64,000 nucleotides of DNA from Eutreptiella sp. 'Long Island Sound 2002' (lineage: Eukaryota; Protista; Euglenida). The stretch is from assembly GCA_964036045.1 (NCBI GenBank), contig OZ038378.1, forward strand, positions 1,116,001 to 1,180,000. Reading direction: 5' to 3'. Each line of letters starts with the position of its first letter. Within the stretch, counting starts at the first letter, position 1. Below, piece after piece: positions 47,801-59,178 of the stretch. The position numbers were made by a program, and so were the translations under genes. Below the pieces are notes generated by a model. The model was not told the origin of the DNA. It did no database searches and saw nothing but the letters and a program-made list of their open reading frames with translations.

Positions 47801-48571
47801 GTGCCTATTTTTTCTGGTTTAGTGTCCGTCGACATTGCCGCATGTACCACATGACCCGGACCCACGTGGGCCCATGCCGGACATGGTTTATTGCAGTTTG
47901 AAGTTACCAGAAAGCGTGAGATCACGAAAATAGGGTGAAAAACTGTGACCGTTAGAATGTGCGCACACACCAATCATTTGCTGCACTACAGCCCAACTGT
48001 ATTAATGGCCATTTGAAGAGTCTTCTCACGTTGTGCTTCGCTTTGCTGCTTTTACTAGACATTTGCAAGGATCTTGGTTTTTGTGGTCTTTTGAGTTTTT
48101 CGATGCATCTCAAGGTTGAGACTCACACTGTTCATTACAATCCATGCAAAAATTTCCAGATTTGGTGCCTTGTTGCTCTGCTGAACTAGTTTATTGCCGA
48201 CTAGCGCACTTGGCGCTTGATATGTTTTGATATGTTTATGTTGTGTGCACATACATGGTGTGTTTTGGTGATGTCAGTAGGGTGCAAAATGATAGCAAGA
48301 CAATAGAAACCGAAGCCTGTTCTTAAGCGTAGGATTGCTAGGCAAATTGAACCCTGCCACACAAGGACGGTTTGCTCACCTACACCGTGCATCTTCAGGT
48401 CATGGCTGTTTGAAAATGCTGTTTTGCTTTTGTGCCTACGTCAGTTGTCGTACTGTCACTTCTACGTAGCCGCTTGTTCTCCGTGGCGTTGACCTTAGAA
48501 GTTAAACCCGATCGCACACATTCGTCGTCACGGTCATACATCGAGAAAAAGGACGTATCATTCTTGGCATC

Positions 48572-48925
48572 ATGGTGAAAGGAGCATGCTACACTTGTGG
48601 TGGCGAGGGTCACTTTGCGTGAGAGTGTCCCAACCACCGTGCGAAGCGAGACGACACATGGTCCGCCGCATCTGGGGATTTGAACTCGTCACGCTTTTGG
48701 CCCAATGGAGATCCGAAAATACACTGCCCATATCATGGGAAGGATGGCAAACACAAGCCTGAAGATTGTCTCTTAGGCCCCAACAAAAGGCGTGATGGGG
48801 CGTGTGTGCAACACACCGCAAACTTGGAACAACAAATTGCCTCCGTCCTGGTTGATGTTCTTCGTGAACATGCTGAAAAACTCATCCTCAAAATTATCAA
48901 AAACAATAGTGCGAATAGACTTTGA
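48572..48925 (+). pseudogene. Gag-like zinc-knuckle ORF remnant
   Basis: CYTCGGEGHFA*EC (CX2CX4HX4C, 48587-48628, TGA at 48620) and, in the same frame, CPYHGKDGKHKPEDC (48725-48769). Confidence 0.6.
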
Positions 48926-49146
48926 GCGACCATGCAACAACCACTACGGCCGTGTCATACATACATCACGGACAGTTTGCCGCTTCGTCTTTAACAACAG
49001 TATCATCATCCCACGTGAAAATGCGGAGCTCCGTGAGAATGATGGGGACATGGCTTGTTTTTTGTATACAAGTGCCAGACTTGTCCACGTGCGAATAGCA
49101 TACATGCATATGTGTATAAGTTAGGGGCCGAAACCAAGCCACAACA

Positions 49147-50086
49147 ATATTCCTTTGGCTACCAGACCGGACGGAGGACCGGTCTGGTCTTGTGGGGAAA
49201 ATTATCACTTTCTGGCAAAGGATTGGGTCAAGGGTTTTTGAACGTGGCGGAAATGATGGTTTTGGTGGTTTTCTTAGACTCAATAGTATTTTAGAGAAAA
49301 ACAGTAAGACCAGTTTCAGAGACCGGTGGGACCGGTCTTTGCAAACCGAACGGACCGGACCACTTCGGTACACTTTGGATCACTTTGTTACACTTGGATG
49401 CACCGATGGACCGGTCTGTACAAACTGTCGTAAACCGTTCGGACCGGTCCACTTTAGCACACTTCATACGAAGACCGGTCGGACCGGTCCTTGCGAACTG
49501 TCGTAAACCGTTCGGACCGCTTCACTTTAGCACACTTTAGCACACTTTATTCAATTCGTTTTAAAGTGTGCTAAAGTGTGCTAAAGTGTGCTAAAGTGGA
49601 CCGGTCCGAACGGTTTACGACAGTTTGCAACGACCGGTCCGACCGGTCTTCGTGTGAAGTGTGCTAAAGTGGACCGGTCCGAACGGTTTACGACAGTTTG
49701 CAAAGACCGGTCCGACCGGTCCCTGAACGAAGTGTCACGAAGTGTACCGGTCCGTTCGGTTGAAACCACCAAAGGTGTGAACACGCACAACACAGCACAC
49801 GCACACACACAACACACACATGCGGACACACACACTACACACGCATCACCAAGTGCTCCAAAGTGTGCTAAAGTGTGCTAAAATGGTCCGGTCCGTTCAG
49901 TTTGCAAAGACCGGTCGGACCGGTCCGACCGGTCTCCCCGAACTAACCGGTTCGCTACAGAAAGCTAAAGTGGCGCGAAACGGTCTCAACTGAACAGTTG
50001 GTGATTTTGCCTAGTCGAAACGGTGAGTTAACGAAGACCGGTGGACCGGTTGTGAAAATATTCGCGTATGGTAGCCAAAGGAATAT
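49147..50086. mobile_element. Foldback-type element: 18-bp outer TIRs and long modular internal inverted repeats
   Basis: ATATTCCTTTGGCTACCA (49147-64) and TGGTAGCCAAAGGAATAT (50069-86). Internal arms built from GACCGGTC, AACTGTCGTAAACCGTTCGG and CACTTTAGCA units mirror around about 49548-49562. Confidence 0.8.
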
Positions 50087-50232
50087 ACAGAGAGTGAACC
50101 GAAAAGGCATTCGCAGGTTTACACGCTACTTTGTTGTAGGTCAATGCATTTTTGACAAGTGCCCCTTGCTTTGCGTGTTGCATTGCTGAGACTCGTTCAA
50201 AGGCGCACATGATGCACGGAAGCCGTTGGTCG

Positions 50233-51144
50233 TTACCGAATTTTCCGAGGAGACCGCCTCACCGGACGGACCTTTGGTGTTCGGCGCGGAGACACTCGCA
50301 TTTGCCCTCCCCCCCCCCCCCCCGACCACTCATGGCGCGTCATTCGAGCCCTCGGGCCCACCGGTTGGTACCGCCCCTGGCGGGAGCTGCGGGTTGTCCG
50401 CTCGTAGAGGCAGTCGGGGAGGCAGGTGTCGGGGGCGCCCAGCTGGACACCCTGCCAATCCTTAGGCACCCCCTCTAGCTCGAGGTCTAATACCGGCCGG
50501 TCGAGGGTGCTGTGGGCCAGCTGGGTGCAGCGGTGGACGCGGATGTTCACCTCCGACCCAAAGGCCTCCTTGGCGTAGCGACGGAGCTGCGCATAGTCGT
50601 CCACCACCAAACCCAGTTGTGCCAGGTAGCCTTGGACTCGAATGGAGGTGGTCTAGGACGGGGCCGGCGCGCCCAGCAGGCCGGCAATGTGCGCCACCAC
50701 CGCGGGGGTCGCTGGCTTGGTCCCCCAGAGGCACACCCCCAAGTTGCCAGGCGCTCCTCTGTCCACCAGCCCTGCGAACCAACCAGCCTGGAGCTCCTGG
50801 TCCTCGGCCAGTGTCTTCCAAACCTCCGGGGAGGACCCGCGACGCTCCGGTGGTTGCTTGTACCACAGCACGTACGCGGGGTGCTGGCAGGCGGAGCCGT
50901 TGACAATCCGCGGGCGGAAGTGGACACCCCGGGCTTTGCCGCTGGCGCGTAGGACCAGCGGCGCCACCTCTGTCGGGAGGTCCGTGGAGACCTCCACCTT
51001 CGACCCCCGCACCCGCACCGCCGCCTGCATGGGCAGGGGGTGCGGCAGGGCAGCCCCCATCAGCGGCTTGAGGTGCCGCCAGGGGTGGTCCTTGCCGAAC
51101 GAGCCCACGGCCATCTTTGGCCAGAGTCCCCGCCAGGCAAACAC
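50233..51144 (-). pseudogene. Coding remnant of about 300 codons, possibly retroelement ORF1-like
   Basis: ORFs 51144-50653 and 50610-50233 share a frame and are separated by one TAG. Protein-like composition; family not recognised with certainty. Confidence 0.35.
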
Positions 51145-54100
51145 CTATATGTGTGCCATGCAGCACACGCCCTGAAAGACGCTGGTGACACTTGTCCTGC
51201 TCACTCCTGCCACTTATTACTTTATTTATTAATACTTTGTAGTCTCATGGCCGTGTGAGCAGTCTCTTCTCGTGCTTGTGTGTGCAACTGCCCTTTCTGA
51301 CAGCAATGGAGCTGACGCAGGTTGGTGTCCGCCAGGACTGCCAGGTCTAGGACACATGCGCTACGCACTGTGGACGGCAAGGGGTCCAGCGGAGTGGGGT
51401 CCATGTCCGGGAGCTCGGCTGTCTCCCGCTCGTCTTCCTCCGGGAGGCGTTCCCAGACTAGCCGGAGCACGTGTCCCGGGGGGGGGGGGTCGATCTAACA
51501 CTTCCGGGTTTGCCGTCTCCCAGGGCTAGCGCTCGGTCCGAACCACGCCCTGCACAGAGGTTCCCGGTCCCGCGAAGCTGGTCTTCGAGCGGCGGAGGGC
51601 TTGCAACAGAGTCGCCACGTTGGGGGCCGCCTTGCTGCCCCCGTGCATGCACAATTGGTTGCCATTGTTCAAAGGCATTGTCATTTGACGGTCCGTTGGG
51701 AGGGAAGGCAAAATGTTTGTGTCCATGTTGTACTCCGCATGATGCTACAATCTTTGTGGCACATGCATAGGGTTTGGCGGTTTGCGGGTAGGGTCCCCGT
51801 GGCCATGCATTGACTGTGAAGCACATGTAACAAAATTTGGGAAGGCATGGGAAGCCTTGGGTTGGAGTGTTCCGATGTGGGTCCATTGGTGTGTGTGCCA
51901 CAGTGCGCCAGTGGCGGAATCTTGCAAAATTTTCTTCAATTCCCACGGAGTGGAGAAACCAGGGATTTAAGATGGATATAAGGCACTGTTTTCAGGGCTT
52001 CAAGTTATCAAAGCCCTATGTTACCAGGTGGGGGCTGAAACATAGTTTAGCATTGGATGCCCTTGATTGGGGTATCCGCACATGGTATGCTCGCAAGGGT
52101 CTACCTCGTGAGGCAATGTTTCATTCCTTTGTCCGTCCAAGGAGGTTTGTGAAGCGACGGAAACACATGTGATTCATTTCTGAGTACATTATATTTCAAG
52201 TGACCTTCCATGGACCCAGCCAAAAAGCCATTCATGCTTTGTTGTTGTTGTTGTTGTTGTTGTATTGCCCACCATTTGTGCATCATTTTTCTTTGCCATT
52301 TTGCCTCAAAATGCATAAAGGTTTTGGACCAAGGCATAGAAGAGATGGCGATACACATTGCTATGCAAGGCAAATGTGGGTATGTGCAGAGGGAGGCCAC
52401 AAAACATGTGTCGGGTACCTAGATGGCATTGGGGGGGGGGGGGGGGGCTAAGTATGCACCGTATACCCTAGGTATACAGCCGTCTACTCATAGGTATACG
52501 GCCGTATACTCCCGGGTATACGGCGCAAACTGCCTAGGAAGACGTAGAGTATACAGCTGGAATACCTCAAAATAGGTGAAACCACACCCTCACAAAGGGG
52601 TCAAAAGTGGGGGACCAAAAGGGAATTTGGATGTGTACCCCCTATTTTGAGGGTGCTCTTTCAAATTTTCATGGTGCTAAAGGCCAGAGCGACGGCTAGA
52701 TATGGAGTTTGAAAAGCCGGGTTTTGGGCGGGGTATTCTGGAACGCCAGGCTATGCACACCACATGCACGTGTACCAACGCAGTGACCCCGCCGTCGTGC
52801 GCTGTGATGGCAACCGCAGCAGCCAGGTGGGCCTCGTGGACTGTGTTGCCCACCAGGGCCCCGCACCGCAGGGCCCCCTCCTAGGAGGGCTGCCTCCACT
52901 CCGCCGGGTGGCGCCCACGGGTGACTTGGGTGATGCCCCACTCACCCCGGGACTCACCTTGGTAGAGGCGGTGCGGCTGCACCGCCGTCGTCGAGGGCAG
53001 CAGGGCCTAGAGGGCAGCCGCTGTGGGCTGCACCGGCGGGGGCGTTGCCTTGGCGCGGCCAACGGCTGCCACCACCCGCATTGCGTCCGGGCGGGAGCCC
53101 CAAGTCGCGGACCGTGCCGCCGAGGCATAGCTTGTGCCACCCCGGCTCGTCTTGGGGGGGGGGGTTGCGGGGGGCGGACCCCTCCTCGACGCCCCCCACT
53201 CCCCAGAGGACGATGTTGCCCCGGGATACTTTGATGTCCTCGTGTGCCTAGCCAAGCCGCGAGGAAGCGAAGGACGGCGAGGTGCCCCGCCAGGCAGATA
53301 CATCCGTTGCGGTGCTCCAGGCTCCGCTGGCCGCTGCCCTTCCCCGTCCACACGCATGGCAATTGGGGAGGGGAGGGGAGGGGGCGGGCGCTGGACAATG
53401 GGATGGCGCCGAGGGTTGCTGCGCCTGGGCGTTCCGGGAGCGGCGGTTGGGGCCCCCTCCCGCCAGCTGCCAGCCTGACGCCGCCCGGGCCGTGCTCGAC
53501 CCAGGCACAGAGGCCTGTTGCGGATTCTTGGGGGCCGCTTTCTTTGCGGGAGCGGTTGTCATCATCGTCGTCGCCGCAGCCGGCGCCGCTAGGGCAGCCG
53601 GGTCCTGGGCCGGGGCTGGTTCTCTCCGCGATTCCGCGAGCTCACGGCGGAGCGTGTTAATGACGCCCTCAAGGGACGCAATCTGGCGCTGCAGCAAAGC
53701 AATCATCGCTTGCTCAGCGGTAGGAGGGGGGGGGGGGCTGATGTGCGGGCCCGCTGCCCCCTTTTCTCCCCTTGGAGCGGGAGCAGTTGCGCCACCCCCT
53801 TGTCGATGTTCGCGGGCTGAGTTCCCGCAAGGAAAGGAGCCAGCACCGCGCCTATGGCCGTAAGGACCGCGGGGCGCTGTCAGAGGGTAGCCAACAGGGT
53901 GGCCACCCCTTCAGGGTCGCCCATCGTGCTCAAGGCGCGCGGGCCAAGGAAAAGGGAGATGCAGAAGCGCCAGACAAGAGACAAAAAAATTGTGGTTCAG
54001 CGAGGCAGCCTCACCACGCGCAGATTCACAACAAGAGGCGTGAAAAACACACAAAGAGGCCCTAAGAACATGCTTTACATAGGATATTTCATCATTGTGA

Positions 54101-55140
54101 ATGGTTAGAATATCGAAATAAATTCTATTGCCTTCGGCAAGTCCACCTCGCAGAGAATCTGTTTCGAGCAACACACACCCAAAGTAGGGTAAAAACCACA
54201 TAACTACTGCCTAAAACATGCTTCACGATATCAAAAAATAAATTTCAGAATCTTCGATTTTTGAGCTACCCGGGGTGAAAAACTGCATAAGCAGGTTGTG
54301 TATCAGACCCTTGGGAGACCCCTACAGATCCAATACCCAAATAAGGTAAAAAACACATAAATACTGCCTAAAACATGCTTTACATAGGTTGCATGGTCAT
54401 TTTGTGTGGTCACAATGTTAAAAAGTAAGTTTCGAAAACTTCGATTTTTGAGCTGGCCAGGGTGAAAAACTGCGGAGCCGGCAGTTCCTTCCGAGCAATC
54501 GCAAATCCGCCGGAGCAGCATGATAACCCATAGCGACCAAAGGCAGACCTGACACAACGCAACCTGAAGCAAAGCTGAGCTAAATTACTCCATTTCAAAA
54601 CCCTACCACTCACAGTTTGACGCCTGACCAGACCTCCAAGATGAGCGGCACAGCCCTAGGGCACCCGTAGGCCCTCACTGCGCCATAACCACCATCAACT
54701 CGTCAGCCCAGCACACGTTGCACCCTGAGTATATGGAGGGGGGGCACCAGTAGCCAGGTAGAGGGAAGGGGTGTTATGTCGTTAAGAACGGTTTGGTGGA
54801 TGCAGCAGTGTCGTGGGCGTCGGGACGCTATTGATTAGCGGCGTGATTCGATTGAGTAGCAAGTGTAGTTTAGCCAAAACTGCGTGCAAGGTCCGGTTTC
54901 GTCGAAGATACAGTGGGCGTAGGAACCGTATTAATTGGGGACCTTTCTGTCGCTTCGACAAGGGAGACACCTCTACCAGCTAGCAACGAGCATACACCAA
55001 TGTGCATGGGTGATTGGGCTACTGTTTGCTCCTTTGAGGCATGGAAGTTTTGGAAGGAAGATATGGTACAGAAAGGCCATCAGTTGCACCAATGATGTAT
55101 GTTTTGTTGCATTACAGAACGTTTTCCAGCGGCTTTTGCA

Positions 55141-55158
55141 TCCCTTCTTTTTCCGCAG
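55141..55158 (+). promoter_or_regulatory. Polypyrimidine tract plus AG 11 nt upstream of the transporter ATG; putative trans-splice (outron) acceptor
   Basis: TCCCTTCTTTTTCCGCAG then ATG at 55170. Interpretation depends on the euglenid inference. Confidence 0.4.
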
Positions 55159-55169
55159 CGGCCGTTTCC

Positions 55170-58100
55170 ATGTTCACCCCCCAGCAGGTGCCCACCGTGA
55201 CTGTCAGCCAAGCCGTCGTCGGCAGCCCACCGTATGGCACATGGGACGGCCTGCACAGCAATCCCGACGTCTTGTCCCGGCTGTCGCCAGTGCCCCCACC
55301 GGCCTCCTTCTCCCCCGTCAATGGATCCCGCCCCGGGTCCCGCACGCTCACTGGCCGGCCGGCCCTGTCCCCCCGCAACGCCAGCTTTGCCCTCAGCATT
55401 GGCAGTGCGCAGTCCCTGCTGGTGCCCTCCCACTCCGCCGCAAGTGAGGAGGACCAACACCTGCTGCGCGACCAGGTCTACAAGTCCTCCTCTGCTGCTG
55501 CCCGTTGTGCCCCCCTGTCCAAGCTACAGAAGTAATGGGGGAATAATAAGGGCCAGCACAAAGACAAAAGGCCCCTAGAGGCGCCTATGGACAATACTTG
55601 GTGCCTGGGGCAGCTTCGTTGCATTCATGGCAATGCACCGAGAGTGTTTCCCGGAGTGAGTCCGGACAGTGACGACCATCGTCAGGTTATGGCCAAGCGG
55701 TCCTGTCTAAGCTACAGTGGGCGCAGGGACCCTATCAATCTGGGACCCAATTTCATTCGGTACCAAATGCAGTGCAGTCACATAAGAAAAGGGTTTGGTG
55801 ACCCATCTGCATGTCAGAAAAGCAAACGGGCAGCTGTTTTGTCATGGTGTTTGCCGCTTGAACCTGCAAATGCTGCAACCCAAACCAAAGGCGTCATGGA
55901 ATGGTGACCATGTGCACTTGTTCTGCGTGTATCATCGCACGAAGAAGGGTTGCCAAGAGGAGCATGTGTAGTTGCGCCCCCCCAATGGCCCGTCTTGTGC
56001 TCTATTGCCTGTAGGCACATGGATGAGCACTTGAAATTTACCAATTGCCTCCTTGTGTTTGCCTGCATGGGTGAAGGTGGATGTGGGCTGCTACACTGTG
56101 TCACTCCCGTGGTGCTTTGTATTCGTATGTGCCATGCGCGAGCTACAGTTCTGTCTCAGCTGCAGGAGGCGTAGGGACTGTAATAATTTGGGACATTTCG
56201 GGTGGCTTGGAAAGGGGGGGGGGGGGGCTCCACATCCTGGGGCCCTCGTGCCTTCATGCGAATATGTTCGAAATCTGGTCTATTTGACTCATGGCAGTCG
56301 CCAGAACTCTGGCAGCAGGGGTTCGAGAATGGTACTGAAAATGATCACCTTTGGTGTACATTAGTGCCTGGAAAACAACGGAAGCCTCCATACGAACACT
56401 CCTTGGCCCCCAAGTGGGATTTGGGGCAGTCGTGGGGCTCAGCTCAGACATCACCCAAATGCAAAACTGAGCCAGTTGGAGGGAGTGAGAGCTACAAGCC
56501 CACAGTGGGGGCGCGTCGCCAGGCTGGGCGCGCGCCGGGCAAAATTTTGAGCATGTAACCCACTCTGTCCCAACCTCCCAACCCCCCGCCCAGGGGGATG
56601 ATAGTAGGAAATGTTTAATGTGCCGGCGGCTGAGCACTATAGATTACTCATGATGTTCGGTGTTGTGCACTACAAGCGCTCCATGCATGGGGTTGTCTTA
56701 GCCCACAAGTGCTGCATATTCTAGTCCTGCTGTGAAGCACTGCGCCTCAGGGGCCCATTTCATTGCTTTAATTTGCAAGCTACTACCACTGCTACTGTCA
56801 ATGCCGGGCTGTGCAAGTTAGGGAAGGGATCATCAGGGCAGGACCGTTCTGGGCTGAATTGACTGGTGGGGCAATCAATTTCTGCCCCTCCCCCCCTGGG
56901 GGGCCTTCTCTGGGGGAGGGGTTCAGGTGGTTGAATTCCGGGACGTTTGCCTGAAAGCGCCGCGCCGGTCCCCACCCCTGGTGTCCAAGCTGTGGTGATG
57001 CCAGCACCCCCCTCTGCCAAATTCACGTAACAACCCCGTTGAACTTCAGTGCTTCGGTGAATGGGTGACAGACCCGTGGTTAGAAGCGTGCGCACAGACC
57101 AGGGTTAAGCGTGCGCAAGCGTGCTCAGTGTTGGGTGGTAAGTGTGCGTAAGTGTGCGCCATCTCCCCGTCCAAGCTTCCGCAAGCGTGCACATTTTTTT
57201 TTTTGACCTGAAAGCCCCTTAAGTGCCTTCACGGCACACAGTGCTCTTAAACAAAAATTCCACCAGGACCAATTTTTTTTTCTGCAGAGAACCTGTGCAT
57301 GATACACAAGAGGTCCACCTCTGTGTCCCCGAGCCCAAGCGTACACAAGCGTGCGGAGTGTTGGGGTGTAAGCGTGCGTAAGCGTGCATAGCCATGGAAA
57401 GTAAGCGTGCACAAGCGTACACGCACGCTTCTAACCACGGGTCTGATGGGTGATGGCCCCCTAAATCAGCACCCTGGGCGCAGACACAGTCTAGTGCACC
57501 GAGGCGTAGCGGTCCTCGGTGTCGCGTGACGAGGCGGTTCGCCAACTCGGTCACCCTCCAGACCATCCTGCTCGGCACGCTGCTGGCACGACCCGCATCA
57601 TGTTCCCATCCTGCCCCACCCGGGCCTCATGACGGTTGCCCTGTGACGTGGCGGTTGACGTGACGTGGCGGGGCCTGTCATATCGTTGATGCAACCCCTG
57701 AGCAAAAGCACTTTTTTGAGGTTGAGACTCGGCACCCATTACATGTGAACGACGCCCCCCCCCCCCCCCACGCCGACAAGGCTGGGGCTCCAGGGGATTT
57801 GGGGGGGATCGGCAAGGGACCGTGTGTCTCCCGCGGAACGCGCGGCATGTGCGACTCTAGAATCCAACGGGATCCACACAGCCTGTCCGCCAAACAGTCC
57901 CCCTGTCCCCCAGCACCGTTGTCCTTTGTCCCGCTCCAGACCGCCCAGGGGCTGTCCACGTACACCCAGTCCCTGGTCAACACCCTCAACACCCTCGCCG
58001 GCATCGGCACCCTCAGCTTCCCGTACGCCCTATGGGCCGCCGGCTGGGGCGGGCTCCTGATCATCCTGCTCTGCGCCGGGCTGTGCTGCTACACCGCCCT

Positions 58101-59178
58101 GCTCCTGGGCACCATCATGCGCGCCTCGCCCATCATCTCCGCATACCCGGACATCGGCGCCCTGATCTTCGGGAGCTGGGGCCTGGTGTTCGTCGGCCTC
58201 GCGTTCGTCGTCGAGCTATTCCTGGTGCTGGTGTCGTTCGTGCTGCTGCTGGCGGACAGTCTGCACCAGCTCGCGCAGCCCTACGCGACGCACGACACCT
58301 GCTTCGCGATCGCGGTCGCGATCTTGGTCCCCAGCGCCTACATCCAGAGCCTTGGCCGGCTCACCGCGCTCTCGTGCTTCGGCCTCTTCTCTGCGCTGGT
58401 CCTCCTGCTTGCCCTGGGGTACGAGGCCCTCGCGGCGCCCGCCGCGGCGCCGGGCGGGGCCGCGCGCGCGCACCAGGTCGTCAACTGGCACACGCTGCCG
58501 CTGGGCCTGGGCATCGTCATGCTGGGCTTCGCCGGGCACAGCCTGTTCCCCTCCATCTGCGCGCACATGCGGGACCCGGCGCAGTACTTCCGCCTCTCCA
58601 AGACGGCGTTCGCCGTCAGCACGCTGTACTACCTCGTGGTGGCCGCCGCGGGGTACGCCCTCTACGGCGCCTGTACCCAGAGCGAGATCACTGCCAACCT
58701 CGTCGCGGGGCCGGCGCCCCACGCCGCCACCCGCGGCCACACCACCGGGCCGATGGCGTACGTGGCGTTGCTGACGGTGATCGTCATCCCGGTATCCAAG
58801 TTTGGGCTGTACTGCACTCTGCTCTGCGTGGCCATCGAGGGCTGGTTTGCCGATGCCGGCGCGAGCGCGCGGCGCGCGGCGTGCCGCATGGCCGGCGTGC
58901 GCACCGCCCTCGTCGCGGCGGTGGTCACGGTGGCGTTCGCGGTGCCGGATTTCGCCGGCGTGGTCAGCTTTGCGGGCGCGGGGATCGGCATGCTCATCAG
59001 CACGACATTCCCCTTGGTCTGTTACCTGAAGTTCTGGTGGAACGGCCTCTCGCGAGCCGCAGTGGCGGGGCATATCGCCCTGGTCCTGTTTTCGCTGGTC
59101 CTCAGTGTGTACGGGGTGTTGGGCTCTGTCGGGATATATGTTGTGCCTGGGGACGAGGCACGCTGCGACGCGCAGTGA
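55170..59178 (+). CDS. Amino-acid transporter, Aa_trans (AAAP) family, AVT1-like; exons 55170-55475 and 57940-59178, about 514 aa
   Basis: Exon 2 has about 11 hydrophobic segments with family-like motifs QSLVNTLNTLAGIGTLSFPYAL, AYPDIGALIFG, FAGHSLFPSI..MRDP, FPLVCYLK. The S/P-rich N-terminal exon joins in phase 0 (GACCAG|gt..ccag|ACC); exon 1 is less certain than exon 2. Confidence 0.88.
57069..57445. mobile_element. hAT-type MITE (377 bp) in the transporter intron
   Basis: Perfect 24-bp TIRs CAGACCCGTGGTTAGAAGCGTGCG (57069-92 and 57422-45), exact 8-bp TSD ATGGGTGA (57061-68 and 57446-53), internal AAGCGTGC subrepeats. Confidence 0.92.

Noticed and set aside
47801-47814. Third SL-like string GTGCCTATTTTTTC after RT3
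   Set aside because: Too short and lacks the TTCTGA half; compatible with chance.
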